Positions 19,501 to 28,485 of a stretch of DNA of 64,000 nucleotides are shown in pieces (within the stretch, counting starts at the first letter, position 1; each line of letters begins with the position of its first letter). The notes beneath the pieces are model-generated. The model was not told the DNA's origin. It searched no databases and saw nothing but the letters and a program-made list of their open reading frames with translations. The stretch lies in IMG/VR virus record IMGVR_UViG_3300023174_000037. The stretch is one strand, 5' to 3'. This DNA comes from a virus (taxonomy: Duplodnaviria > Caudoviricetes). The translations under genes were made by a program, and so were the position numbers.

Positions 19501-22018
19501 ATGGACTATTGTCGTTTTGATATAAGAATCCGCCTGCGGCATTTGATGTTAACGTTATTCTGCCAGATCTGATAAGCGTATTATCAGCGGTTATTATGTT
19601 ACCACCAGTGATGGTACCTGTGGCAGTGATCACGCCTACTGTGGTGATGTTACCGCCCACTACATTGGCTGCCGAGGTTATAGTGCCGGTTGAACTAATT
19701 AATCCACCGGTTAACATGTTACCACCAGTTATGTTACCACTGGCACTTAAACTTGTACCTGTAATGACTCCACCCACAGTTGATGCGGCAGTAACTGTTC
19801 CTGTGACACTGGCACTGCTGCCTGTTATAACACCACCGACTACTGAAGCGGCAGTTACCGCACCAGTTACTGAAGCACTGCTTCCAGTGATTACTCCACC
19901 TGCTACTGAGGCGGCCGTGACTCCGCCTGATACACTAGCACTGGCACCCGATACAGTACCGGTTACCGAACTTGAACTTCCAGTTATGACTCCACCCACA
20001 GTTGAGGCTGCAGTTTGTGTGCCAGTGACACTAGAACTTGAACCGGTAATTACACCGCCTACGGTACTAGCAGCTGTTTGTGTACCAGTAACACTAGTTG
20101 ATGTGCCTGTAATAACTCCACCAACTACACTTGCACCGGTTACAACACCTGTTACTGATACACTTGAACCAGTCATCACTCCACCAACAACCGACGCACC
20201 AGTTACTGTACCAGTGACACTGGCACTTGATCCAGTAATTACACCGCCTACTATGCTTGCGGCTGTGACTCGACCAGTAACACTTACGTTAGCACCAGTG
20301 TTGACATTGCCGGTACCATTGGGTGTCAATACAATGTTGCTGTTTGATGCTGTGGTTTGAAAATCTAATTGTCCCGAGTCTGTGATAGCACCACTTAAAA
20401 TTAAATTGCCGGCTGTGATGTTGCCAGCTACACTCAGTGCGGATCCGCCGGTGTTGGCAATAGCTACTTGGGCATTTGCCAAAAACTGCACAGTTGAATT
20501 GCCTGCTACAGGTCCAATGTTGATATTGGTGTTTGAGTTGGCAGCACCTAGGGTTCCTATATCAATTGTTTTAGCTGATCCAGATGCAGTAATTCCGTTG
20601 CCAATGGCAATGGTTTGATTTGCAGTGCTACGACCAATGTTTATGGCACCAGTGGCAGCGGTGCCTCCGATGGTCAAAGGACCACTGGTCTGGCTGGTCA
20701 TCATGTTGAGTGTGCCGCTTGTTATGGTAGTGAATAGACTAGTAGTGCCAGTGGTAGTTGTAGTTGCCACATTAGGCGTAGACATTGATGTGCTATGAGT
20801 GGCTGCCGCAACAGTTAACGTATTGGTGCTGGGATTGAAAGTTAGTCCTGTGTCATCGCTGTATAGTTGTCTATAGGTATTGGCGACACCCGACGGGCTT
20901 ACATAAGGTAAATTGTAGGCTACATTGTCATCTGGAGATTCGACTACATATACAAAGTTTGCAGTATTGGCAGTTCCTGTTAGATTCCCAATGAAATTAT
21001 TGGCCCCAACATTTCCAGTTACACTTAGACCTGTGGTCATGTTGACATTGCCTGTGCCATTTGGAGTAAACACAATATTGGCATTGTTAGCACTTGTTTG
21101 TATGTCCAACTGCGCTGAGTCAACAATGGCACCACTTATTATTAAATTACCGGCTGTAATGTTGCCGGTTGAGACTGTCAAACTTGTGCCGGTGATTGCT
21201 GCTCCTGTTATGGCACCAGTAGCTGAAATCAAACCACCTGTAAGTATGTTGCCACCTGTTATGTTGCCAGTGGCCGTGATCAGACCACTTGTGAGCAAGT
21301 TACCACCGGTTATGTTGCCTGCAACACTTACGGTATTGCCTCCTGCGCCACCAGTGAGTACCGGCGCTCCGTCCACAGTCAGACTTGTTGCTGTGGCAGC
21401 CAGATTGATGTTGCCCATGTAAATGGTACTATTGGACAGCCAGATGTCTTTCCAACGATTGGTGGTATTTCCTAAACTGTAGGTCACATTGGCCGAGGGA
21501 TTGATGTTGGCTGCAGCTGTGATCGCGGTAGCATTAAATGTAGCCACGTTGGCTGTGCCAGCACTGCTTATGGTCACAGCGGCATTTGAGTTGACCACAA
21601 CATTTGATGTGCCACCCGATATTGAGTTGGCCATGTAGTTTTGTGTAAACGTCAGGGCCGTGGTATTGATCGTGATAGGCTCGTCGGTGATCAGTTTCCA
21701 CTGTGTGTCGGCATAGATCACACCTTCGGTGACCATTACAATCATGCCGGCTTCAATTTCACCGTTTTCGTTGCCGTCTGAAGTTCTGGCCCAGGTTCCG
21801 TTGCTGCCAGAACCCAAGGTGGTCACAAGATAAAGTCCGTTTTGACTACCTGTGTCTTGAGCTGTAACCAACACACGATCGCCGGTGGTAAGACTGACAC
21901 CGTCTACACTGCTAGGAGCGCCGCCTGCAAGATTAACAGTGGCGGTTGCAACTACCCGTGTGGATTGTTTATAGTCTAAATTAAATATCTGCGCAGCACG
22001 TGGTTTGGTTAAGCCCAT
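13556..22018 (-). CDS. Giant G/S/T/N-rich repetitive tail fibre / adhesin (about 2820 aa)
   Basis: N-terminal DYKQS-x-RV...VDGV-x-L-x-x-GDRVLV-x-x-Q...QNGLY fibre-anchor domain and long repeat tracts. Start set at 22018 because TAAATA abuts the track's start. Confidence 0.85.
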   Translation of the reverse strand: MGLTKPRAAQIFNLDYKQSTRVVATATVNLAGGAPSSVDGVSLTTGDRVLVTAQDTGSQNGLYLVTTLGSGSNGTWARTSDGNENGEIEAGMIVMVTEGVIYADTQWKLITDEPITINTTALTFTQNYMANSISGGTSNVVVNSNAAVTISSAGTANVATFNATAITAAANINPSANVTYSLGNTTNRWKDIWLSNSTIYMGNINLAATATSLTVDGAPVLTGGAGGNTVSVAGNITGGNLLTSGLITATGNITGGNILTGGLISATGAITGAAITGTSLTVSTGNITAGNLIISGAIVDSAQLDIQTSANNANIVFTPNGTGNVNMTTGLSVTGNVGANNFIGNLTGTANTANFVYVVESPDDNVAYNLPYVSPSGVANTYRQLYSDDTGLTFNPSTNTLTVAAATHSTSMSTPNVATTTTTGTTSLFTTITSGTLNMMTSQTSGPLTIGGTAATGAINIGRSTANQTIAIGNGITASGSAKTIDIGTLGAANSNTNINIGPVAGNSTVQFLANAQVAIANTGGSALSVAGNITAGNLILSGAITDSGQLDFQTTASNSNIVLTPNGTGNVNTGANVSVTGRVTAASIVGGVITGSSASVTGTVTGASVVGGVMTGSSVSVTGVVTGASVVGGVITGTSTSVTGTQTAASTVGGVITGSSSSVTGTQTAASTVGGVITGSSSSVTGTVSGASASVSGGVTAASVAGGVITGSSASVTGAVTAASVVGGVITGSSASVTGTVTAASTVGGVITGTSLSASGNITGGNMLTGGLISSTGTITSAANVVGGNITTVGVITATGTITGGNIITADNTLIRSGRITLTSNAAGGFLYQNDNSPLYIGANTANTANASIRISIDTVAPGNVFVTSNLSVTGTQTAASTVGGVITGTSTSVTGAQTAASTVGGVITGTSSSVTGTQTAASTVGGVITGSSASVSGNVTGGNVLTGGVVSATGNVSGNYILGNGASLTGVITSVANINNGTSNVTVVSSGGNITVGVGGTANVAVFATTGEYVTGVVSASGNITGGNVSATNYTGTNVSVTGTVTAASTVGGVITGSSSSVTGTVTAASTVGGVITGSSSSVTGTVSGASASVSGGVTAASVAGGVITGTSASVTGTVTAASTVGGVITGSSASLSGTVTAASVVGGVITGSSTSVTGAVTAASVVGGVITGSSASVTGTQTAASTVGGVITGTSASITGNVTGSNVVASTALTNGNITITGANIVSTGPTLTIDPNGSGGTDGNVIITGNLSVTGNVTYINSNNVTTNDLTINMANNAATAAAANGGGIGVGPAGSEYISLTYNSTSNIWVATNGLSSQGILSATGNITGGNISATNHTGTNVSVTGTVTTASTVGGVITGTSASLTGTVTAASTVGGVITGSSTSVTGNVTGGNVLTGGVVSATGNITGNYFLGNVFYANGITASKIYNGTSEANVGTSGGNANISIGGTSNVVVFASTGEYVTGLLSVTGNITSGNISATNHTGTNVSVTGTVTAASTVGGVITGSSSSVTGTATAASTVGGVITGSSSSVTGTVTAASTVGGVITGSSSSVTGTQTAASTVGGVITGSSASVSGNVTGGNVLTGGLISATGNITGGNITIPGSANISTFIGNVFFGSVPAQPTWYTVAPLNLNNSLAAATKVQLNLINTGGGAGAGSAIDFYTYQISVAAANAEARIAGIDDGNYSAYLSLQTKTPGSTGTNGLVERVKIDSTGASVVANITGGNIRTGGLVSATGGVTAASVAGGVITGTSTSVTGSQTAASTVGGVITGSSASVTGTVTAASTVGGVITGSSTSVTGTQTAASTVGGVITGSSASVSGTVTAASTVGGVITGSSTSVTGTQTAASTVGGVITGSSASVTGTVTAASTVGGVITGSSSSLSGNVTGGNVLTGGLISATGNLNAANIIASKVVSATDNLIINSTGAEGGQLVIGWAGIGGIVGQANSTWNLDTDSSNVFRIFYQNGIGATNVLLQASPTSNVITFPQSAGVSATGNVTGSYFIGNGSQLTGVVASAGNSIVNGTSNVVVAASGNVTVGIAGTAAVATFTTAGLTANSIAATNNGAGTNFKVGDDAWIGDINVADTMSVRGQQSALNGYIVFGNADGTALGRAGSGPLTYGGAFSASGNVTGGNVLTGGLISATGNITGGNVLGGANVNATLHSGTTVSVSGTVTAASVAGGVITGTSTSVTGTQTAASTVGGVITGSSASVSGTVTAASTVGGVITGSSTSVTGTQTAASTVGGVITGSSSSVTGTQTAASTVGGVITGSSASVTGNVTGANIVASTALTNGNITITGANIVSSGQTLIIDPNGTGGTDGNVIIAGNLSVTGNVTYINSNNVTTNDLTINVANNAATAAAANGGGIGVGPAGSEYISLTYSSSSNVWVASNGLNVQGVTSASGNITGGNVLTGGLISSTGNITGGNISAANHTGTTVSVTGTVTSASVVGGVITGSSLSVSGTVTGASHVGSVVSVTGAITGASVVGGVITGTSTSVTGTTTAASVVGGVMTGSSVSVTGAITGASVVGGVITGTSTSVTGTTTAASVVGGVITGSSTSVTGTTTAASIVGGVITGSSLSASGNVTGGNILTAGIVSATGNVSGDNLNVTGNIVDTGALTIITGSNGNIALAPNGTGIVTTSGNISAVGNVTGGNILTAGIVSATGNVVGSTFIASSNIVIQSRQQVKFYDTDSSNFISLRAPNALTGDYLLTLPTGYGNADQVLSTNGAGNLAWVDQSGGGSSATSYPNSTVSPVPGSIGNFDLSFNFVQTSQEIPFESSATDAFGVNLGEVYSMMDPGGEVLEPVDFGVLT
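14240..20290 (-). repeat. About 40 copies of a 21-aa (63-nt) coding repeat VTGT[QV]TAAS[TV]VGGVITG[ST]SxS, in several blocks
   Basis: About 42 GGV[IM]TG cores counted by eye; synonymous sites differ between copies. Confidence 0.9.
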
Positions 22019-22048
22019 TGTAGTTCCAATAATATCCAATATTTAGCC

Positions 22049-22081
22049 AAAAAAATAGGACTCCATAAGAGCCCTATTTTG
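22049..22081 (-). terminator. Rho-independent terminator after the 22099-26163 gene
   Basis: ATAGGGCTC-TTATG-GAGTCCTAT followed by a T-run on the minus strand. Confidence 0.8.
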
Positions 22082-22098
22082 ACCGGATAGTTTCTAGT

Positions 22099-25000
22099 TT
22101 AGAAGCGTCCTACTACCACTTCAATCGTGCCTTCTGCACCATCAAAATCTTCCAGTGCTTTACCAATTACCGATCCAACTCGAGGATCAGCTTCTGCTCT
22201 AGCACGGCCTAGGCCTGCAGCAACCATCAAGTCACCCTTGCGAACTGGACCCATGACCATAGTCGGAACACGACCTGTCAAGGCCACTGTGGCCACATGC
22301 GTTGATTCTAATCCTGAGTTCATGATGTAACTTGGATTGGTAGATACTACGCCAGCCACTTTGGTATCGCCAGCCACCGCATTAACTGTAACTTCTGCTG
22401 AGCCGCCAAACACTAACACAGTACCAGGCACATACTCAGCGTCAGCTGTGTATTTTTCTGCCAAGTCAGCGTATTGTGCCGAAGTTGCCTTGGCAAATAT
22501 AGTATTGTAGCTGAGTGAGGCACTGCCAATATTGGATGTAGCATTGGCTGTTGGCATAATATTAGCGCCAATGTTTACGTTACCAGTACCGTTAGGCAAC
22601 AGTTGAATGTTTGCGTTAGTAGCAGTGGTGCTAATATTCAACGAACTACTTGAATCAAAGATGTTGCCTGTAATAATTAAATTGCCACCACTTATGTTGC
22701 CGGTAGCAACTACTTCGCCGCCAGTTATTAAGTTGCCGCCAGTTACGTTGCCAGATACACTGCTTGTTGCAGTTGAGCCAGCTAACACAGTTTGTCCGCC
22801 TTGTGGGTTTGTAAAGATCAACGATGTGGTATTGGCACTGATTCTAGCATTGCCCATGTAGATTGTGCTGTTGGCCAACCATAAATCGTTCCAGCGATTT
22901 GTAGTGTTACCCAAATTGTATGTGACGTTGGCTTGTGGATTAACGTTGCCCATAAATCTTGAGTCAAACTGACCCACAAGGAATACCTCATTTACACCGT
23001 TGATATCAAAGTGAACGTCTTGGTTGGCATCCGGAATCTGCACCTGTGTTGTGCCATTTAATATGGTATCAGTTGCAACGTTACCAAGCACAGTGGCATT
23101 GCCTGTTACGGACAAATCACCTGTAATAGTTGTTGTTGCACTGGTATCACTTACTGCAATTGACGCATTACCACTTACGTTTTGAATACTTGTCAGTGTT
23201 GAAGTTGTGGTCAATGCACGAACGTCAATCAAATCACCTGCAGCAGGTGCTTCTGTAAATGTCAATGTTACGTTGGCCACACTGTAGGCTGAAGTTGGTA
23301 TCTGCAACACACCGTTGATACTGACAATAGTCGAAGCTGTGGTTGAAGCATTGGCCAATGTAAATTGTGTGGCTACTCCATTACCGTTGAACTGTTGATC
23401 AGTGATAACTGTAAACACTGTGGAACCAACACCAATCCAGTCTGTGTTATTGTATATTTCTAAACTGTTGGTAGTGCTGTTGAAACGCATCATACCAGTG
23501 ACGCCTGTGGCCGGACGTTGTAATATATTACCTCTTGGAATTACTATTGACGAAGTGACGTTAAACGACGTAATAGCATTGGTAATCTGTGTTGAGTTAC
23601 CAAAGCTGGCTGTGCCAGTTCCAGCATCCACGTAGAACACATTGGCCAAGGTATCGCCGTCTACCGCAAAGTCAGTGTCAGCATCTGAACCATTGATAGT
23701 AATTCTGCCTGCGGCTGGGCCATCGATAAATCCACTGGTTAGGATTAGATTGGCGGTGGTTACATTGCCTGTGGCACTGACCAATCCACCTGTTAGGACG
23801 TTGCCGCCATCAATGTTGCCTGTGGCACTGACTGTGCCAGCTGTGCGTATGTTACCGCTGGCGCTGACACTGGTAGTATTGATTTGTGTGGTTATGTTGG
23901 CGTTGCCGCCGCTGATGTTAGCAGCCGAAGTGATGTTACCTGTGGAACTTATCAATCCACCAGTTAAGATATTACCACCTGTTACGTTACCAGTTACTGT
24001 TTGAAAACCTGACACAATTGAGTTAGCACCAGTTGAAATATTCCCTGTAGCAGATATCAGTCCACCTGTCAAGATATTGCCGCCAGTGATATTAGACGTA
24101 GCCGAAACTAAACCACCTGTTAAGATGTTGGCACCGGTGATGTTGGCACCTGAGGTGATTGTTGATGTAGCACTGATTAGACCACCAGTTAATAAGTTGC
24201 CGCCGGTTACGTTGCCACTTAAACTAGCACTGGTTCCAGTAATTACGCCACCAGCTACACTGGCCGCTGTTACTGTACCAGTTACACTTAAACTTGTACC
24301 AGTGGCAGCGCCAATGTTAGGTGTTGTCAAGTTGGCACCGGCTTTGACACTGATATTACCACCACCGTCAAATGCTGTGGTGTTGTTGTCAACCTTGGCT
24401 GAAAACACAGTGCCATTTAAAATAAGACCAGCTTGTGTGTTGGCTGTATAAACCTGACTAGAACTAAACACACCAAATTGAATATTACTTGTACCAAACG
24501 TGATCACACCAGGAGGTGCGGTAACAACAAACGCTGTACCAGCATTGACGTTACCATTGGTTGTAAAGAAGTAATCGTTGATACTGAAAGAGTCTGTGCT
24601 GTCAGCACCGTATTGGTCAGTGTCAGTGCTTCGTGTAATCACAGTGGAATTGGAATACACATAAACACCGTTTTGCACAGCATTGGCTTGATCTTTGACC
24701 AGGATACGTGTGCCTACGGTTTGCACGTTGGCCGTGTCAATAAAAGTATACGAACCGGTTGTGGTCAGTGTTGCACCAACGCCATTGGCCACGCCGTTGG
24801 GTTGAGCATAGGTTACTGTACCACCTGTGGCCGCGGCCAAGTTGGATATAGTGGCTGCAAATACAGCTTGGTGTATGGTTATGCCTGTGGTTGCAATTGT
24901 ATCAACATAGTATTTGCTGGCTGCATCACCATCTTGTACCGGAGTCAGTTGCAGACCGTTGATGTAGGTAGTGTTTAATACAATGTTACCAGCTGGTGAT

Positions 25001-26163
25001 AGATTAATGTTGCCTGCACCTGTGACAATGTTCATTGCGTTGGCATCATAGATATTAGTGCTTACAACCAAGTTAGCGCCTGTGATGTTGCCTGTGGCAC
25101 TTACTTGTCCACCGGTGAGCACATTGCCACCAGTAATGTTGGCAACACCGGTTATGTTGCCTGTGGCTGACACTTGTCCGCCAGTTAAGATGTTGCCACC
25201 GGTGATGTTGGCACTGGCAACCACTGTGGTTGAATTTACTGCTGACGTGATGTTGGCATTGCCGCCAACCAAGTTGCCGCTGGCACTTACTGTAACGCCC
25301 TGAACCAAAGCGGCACCAATCAAGTTGCCACCGTTTACGTTGCCTGTGGCTGAAACTAGGCCGCCTGTTAATACGTTGCCACCGGTTACGTTACCCGTAG
25401 CACTTACAAATCCACTGGCGTTGACGTTAACTACGTTAATGTTTCCAGAAAGAGAAATGTTACCTATCACTGCATTGCCTGCAATTACATTGCCACCGGT
25501 TACGTTACCTGTAGCACTTACGTTGCCAGCGGTTAAAATATTACCACCAGTGATATTGCTTGTAGCACTTACGAGGCCGCCTGTTAAAAGATTAGCACCT
25601 GTGATGTTAGCACTCGAAGTGATTGTTGATGTAGCACTGATTAACCCTGGAGTTAAAAAGTTACCGCCAGTGATATTACCAGTAAAGTTTGTGTTTGTTC
25701 CAATTACGTTGCCAACTAGGCTTGTAGTTCCTTGAGCCGTAAAGTTACCTGTTTGTAAATTGGCATAACTGGAGATGTTGAATACTGTGTTAGAAACTGT
25801 GGTGTTGCTTAAGGCTGTTACAAATCCAAGCTGACTTTCTTTCCAACCCAACACTGCTGAAAGTTGGCTACCACGTAGGCCAATTGTACCAATATCTAGT
25901 GTAGGAGAACCCGATGTTTGTCCGTCAGCTAGAGTGATCAACGGATCTTGGATCAGGGTGTTGACTGTGTCAACAGTGGTTGTTTGACCTTGAACAGTCA
26001 AGTTGCCTGTAACAGTCAAATCACTACCGTAGGTCAAATTGTTGGCAATTCGAGTAGCGGTAATTGAATAGGCCTGTAGTTTGGTGCCAGCATTGAGACC
26101 GACTATGGTATTGCCAGTAATCGCATCAGTTACCTGATTGTTATTAATTCTAGTCACGGCCAT
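22099..26163 (-). CDS. Fibre-like virion protein with 17-aa NITGGNxLTGGLISATG repeats and chaperone-like C-terminus
   Basis: Repeats, PTQDGDAASKYYVD-type coil, fibre domain (VGTRILVKDQ...QNGVY), C-terminal SAQYADLAE...VALTGRVP...IGKALE. Confidence 0.8.
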   Translation of the reverse strand: MAVTRINNNQVTDAITGNTIVGLNAGTKLQAYSITATRIANNLTYGSDLTVTGNLTVQGQTTTVDTVNTLIQDPLITLADGQTSGSPTLDIGTIGLRGSQLSAVLGWKESQLGFVTALSNTTVSNTVFNISSYANLQTGNFTAQGTTSLVGNVIGTNTNFTGNITGGNFLTPGLISATSTITSSANITGANLLTGGLVSATSNITGGNILTAGNVSATGNVTGGNVIAGNAVIGNISLSGNINVVNVNASGFVSATGNVTGGNVLTGGLVSATGNVNGGNLIGAALVQGVTVSASGNLVGGNANITSAVNSTTVVASANITGGNILTGGQVSATGNITGVANITGGNVLTGGQVSATGNITGANLVVSTNIYDANAMNIVTGAGNINLSPAGNIVLNTTYINGLQLTPVQDGDAASKYYVDTIATTGITIHQAVFAATISNLAAATGGTVTYAQPNGVANGVGATLTTTGSYTFIDTANVQTVGTRILVKDQANAVQNGVYVYSNSTVITRSTDTDQYGADSTDSFSINDYFFTTNGNVNAGTAFVVTAPPGVITFGTSNIQFGVFSSSQVYTANTQAGLILNGTVFSAKVDNNTTAFDGGGNISVKAGANLTTPNIGAATGTSLSVTGTVTAASVAGGVITGTSASLSGNVTGGNLLTGGLISATSTITSGANITGANILTGGLVSATSNITGGNILTGGLISATGNISTGANSIVSGFQTVTGNVTGGNILTGGLISSTGNITSAANISGGNANITTQINTTSVSASGNIRTAGTVSATGNIDGGNVLTGGLVSATGNVTTANLILTSGFIDGPAAGRITINGSDADTDFAVDGDTLANVFYVDAGTGTASFGNSTQITNAITSFNVTSSIVIPRGNILQRPATGVTGMMRFNSTTNSLEIYNNTDWIGVGSTVFTVITDQQFNGNGVATQFTLANASTTASTIVSINGVLQIPTSAYSVANVTLTFTEAPAAGDLIDVRALTTTSTLTSIQNVSGNASIAVSDTSATTTITGDLSVTGNATVLGNVATDTILNGTTQVQIPDANQDVHFDINGVNEVFLVGQFDSRFMGNVNPQANVTYNLGNTTNRWNDLWLANSTIYMGNARISANTTSLIFTNPQGGQTVLAGSTATSSVSGNVTGGNLITGGEVVATGNISGGNLIITGNIFDSSSSLNISTTATNANIQLLPNGTGNVNIGANIMPTANATSNIGSASLSYNTIFAKATSAQYADLAEKYTADAEYVPGTVLVFGGSAEVTVNAVAGDTKVAGVVSTNPSYIMNSGLESTHVATVALTGRVPTMVMGPVRKGDLMVAAGLGRARAEADPRVGSVIGKALEDFDGAEGTIEVVVGRF

Positions 26164-26382
26164 TTTTTTCTCCAGTTGGCTTCTTTCTATTGCACTTTCA
26201 CTGCATTTGCAGTGAAATAATAAACTTTTGCTCGTTCCAATACGGGCTATATGTTATTTAGCGCGGCCGTGGGAAAACAGTTCTCTGTGCCTATTATTCA
26301 CTGCGGAGCTAATGTGTGTGGAGAACTATTGGGGGTTATAAATTGTAGAATAACAATTGGGTGAACTGTTATTTATCTGATT

Positions 26383-28056
26383 TTACAAGAATCTGATGTC
26401 TATAACGTCACCGGTTCCGGGCGCTTCTGAAAACACCAAATTAGTGCTAGGACTAGGCGTCATCACATAAGATTGACCTGGAACCTGCGTGATACCATTC
26501 AGCATGATTAATGCGGCAGCTGTGGTTGTGCTACGATCTAGGGTAAATGTGGTAGTTGTTCCGTCACCGTTGAGTATTTGATTGGTAACACCTGCAACAA
26601 CAGTATCCCATTCTGTGCCGTCATACACTTCTACGCGACTGCTTTCTGTGTTAAATCTAATGGTGCCTGTGGTTGCTGGGCTTGGACGCTGGGCAGTGTT
26701 GCCTACCGGAACAGCTATGCCTGTTGTGGTATTGACATAAACAATGCCTGTGCCCGTGGGTTGTAAAACAACATTGCCAATGGTTCCATCTGTGGTTATG
26801 GTGGTGTTGGCCAAGCTCAGATTGGCAATATTGCCAACTGTGGCAAAAATATTGCCAAATATGTTGCCGCCATAGATATTACCGGTGCCAGAAACTGTGC
26901 CGGATCCAAAAAGCACATTGCCTGCAGTCACATTGCCCACGGTGGTAAATCCACCGGCTGTTACTGCTCCGGTGGCTGATATCAATCCACCTGTAAGAAT
27001 GTTGCTACCTATGATATTGCCATTGGCAGTAATATCAGCGTTGGCATAAATGTTGTTACCAACAAGTAAGTTACCTGTGCCATCAATCGTTGTCATCCAT
27101 TGAGTGGTTTGAGTGTTGCCAGTTACAAGTTGTATGGCACCATACATGTCATTGAAGTTTATGTAGGCAATGTCGGTTATGCCTGGAGCAGTATCTTCCC
27201 AACCTATCTGCAAGGTATCTCCAGATCCAAACACCTTGATTTCACTGTGATCTCCAGCTACTACTATGTCTGGGTTGATTCCTATTTTTAGATTGGCTGT
27301 TGTAAAAAAAGTATTGGCTGTGGCGTTACCTACGATAATCACAGAGTTACTGGTCTTGTCAAATGTGAATCCAGCTGTGGCATTGGCCGTTCCTGCGTCG
27401 TTGAATATGACCTCGGTATTGCCCCCAGGTGCGCTAATGTTGCCTGAAATATTACCAACAAAATTAGCGGCATAAACATTGCCAGCGGTGCTGACATTGC
27501 CGGCTGTGAGATTGCCGGTGGCGGAAATCTCACCAGTGGTCAGTATGTTACCTCCAAACACATTGCCGGCAACATTGAGATTGGCTATGTTGGCTGTGGC
27601 ATTGACAGTGAGCAGATTAGCTGTAGTGTTGAATGTAAAGTTGGCTGTGGCGCCAAATTGGCTGTTGTTATTGAACTGAATTTCGGTATTGGATCCAGCT
27701 GGTTCCTGCAGGTCCCAGGGTGCGCCGTTGGCGTAAAGCAAGTTATTGGTCAGCACGTTGCCTGCGGCTACGTTGCCTACAGTGCTGACGTTACCTACTA
27801 CAACATTGCCTGCAATGTTGGCAGTATCAGCACTGATATTGTTGATTGCTACAACATTGCCACCAATAACATTTCCAACCGCGCTAATGATAACATTTGA
27901 AAATATATTGTTGGCTAAAATATTGCCATTTACATCCAATTGTTCTGCAGGAGAATTGGTGTTTATACCAACATTGGCATTGGCAATAGATATATCAATG
28001 CCATCTCTTTCAAGAATGCCTGATAAGATTTGCCCTTTTACGTAGTTAACTGCCAT
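26383..28056 (-). CDS. Fibre-like virion structural protein
   Basis: Asn/Gly-rich repeats, GSNTEIQFNN motif, C-terminal module shared with neighbours. Confidence 0.75.
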   Translation of the reverse strand: MAVNYVKGQILSGILERDGIDISIANANVGINTNSPAEQLDVNGNILANNIFSNVIISAVGNVIGGNVVAINNISADTANIAGNVVVGNVSTVGNVAAGNVLTNNLLYANGAPWDLQEPAGSNTEIQFNNNSQFGATANFTFNTTANLLTVNATANIANLNVAGNVFGGNILTTGEISATGNLTAGNVSTAGNVYAANFVGNISGNISAPGGNTEVIFNDAGTANATAGFTFDKTSNSVIIVGNATANTFFTTANLKIGINPDIVVAGDHSEIKVFGSGDTLQIGWEDTAPGITDIAYINFNDMYGAIQLVTGNTQTTQWMTTIDGTGNLLVGNNIYANADITANGNIIGSNILTGGLISATGAVTAGGFTTVGNVTAGNVLFGSGTVSGTGNIYGGNIFGNIFATVGNIANLSLANTTITTDGTIGNVVLQPTGTGIVYVNTTTGIAVPVGNTAQRPSPATTGTIRFNTESSRVEVYDGTEWDTVVAGVTNQILNGDGTTTTFTLDRSTTTAAALIMLNGITQVPGQSYVMTPSPSTNLVFSEAPGTGDVIDIRFL

Positions 28057-28086
28057 AGATTATCCCTGTATAGGATATTTAGTTGA

Positions 28087-28485
28087 TTAACTACTGGTGT
28101 GAATTACATTGATTGGCACTGTATTTGGTGGTGCTGATGTGAATGTAATGTCGTAACCACCATTGACTGTGTAACTTGTAGCTGGATCTTGATAGATCGA
28201 TCCTACAAATACTATGATATTTTGTGCTACACTTTCTGCTATGCTCATTGTAAACACTGTTTGAACGCCATTGCCAGTGAAGTCATCTACTGTGTAACTG
28301 ATACTGCCACTAGGACTCAAGCTACCCCAGACGCTTCCATTGTAAAATTCAACTAATCCCAAATCAGTGTTGTATCGAATCATGCCAAAGTTTGGAATAA
28401 CAGGCCGTTGTGCCGCAGATCCGGTGGGTATCACAACACCACTACTACCAGACTCTAGTCGTCGATTTTTTACAAAATAACCCAT
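28087..28485 (-). CDS. Small virion protein consisting only of the shared RPxx-GMIRYN / GNG-TVF module
   Basis: VVIPTGSAAQRP...GMIRYNT...DDFTGNGVQTVFTM...ITFTSAPP. Confidence 0.75.
   Translation of the reverse strand: MGYFVKNRRLESGSSGVVIPTGSAAQRPVIPNFGMIRYNTDLGLVEFYNGSVWGSLSPSGSISYTVDDFTGNGVQTVFTMSIAESVAQNIIVFVGSIYQDPATSYTVNGGYDITFTSAPPNTVPINVIHTSS

Noticed and set aside
14240-20290. Regularly spaced 63-nt repeats resembling a CRISPR or guide array
   Set aside because: The repeats are contiguous, in-frame and synonymously diverged, with no unique spacers and no cas genes.
13962-27900. Many plus-strand ORFs rich in P/V/T/L/A (e.g. PVITPPTVEAAV)
   Set aside because: They are antisense shadows of the repetitive fibre genes and lack promoters, SD sites or independent domain content.
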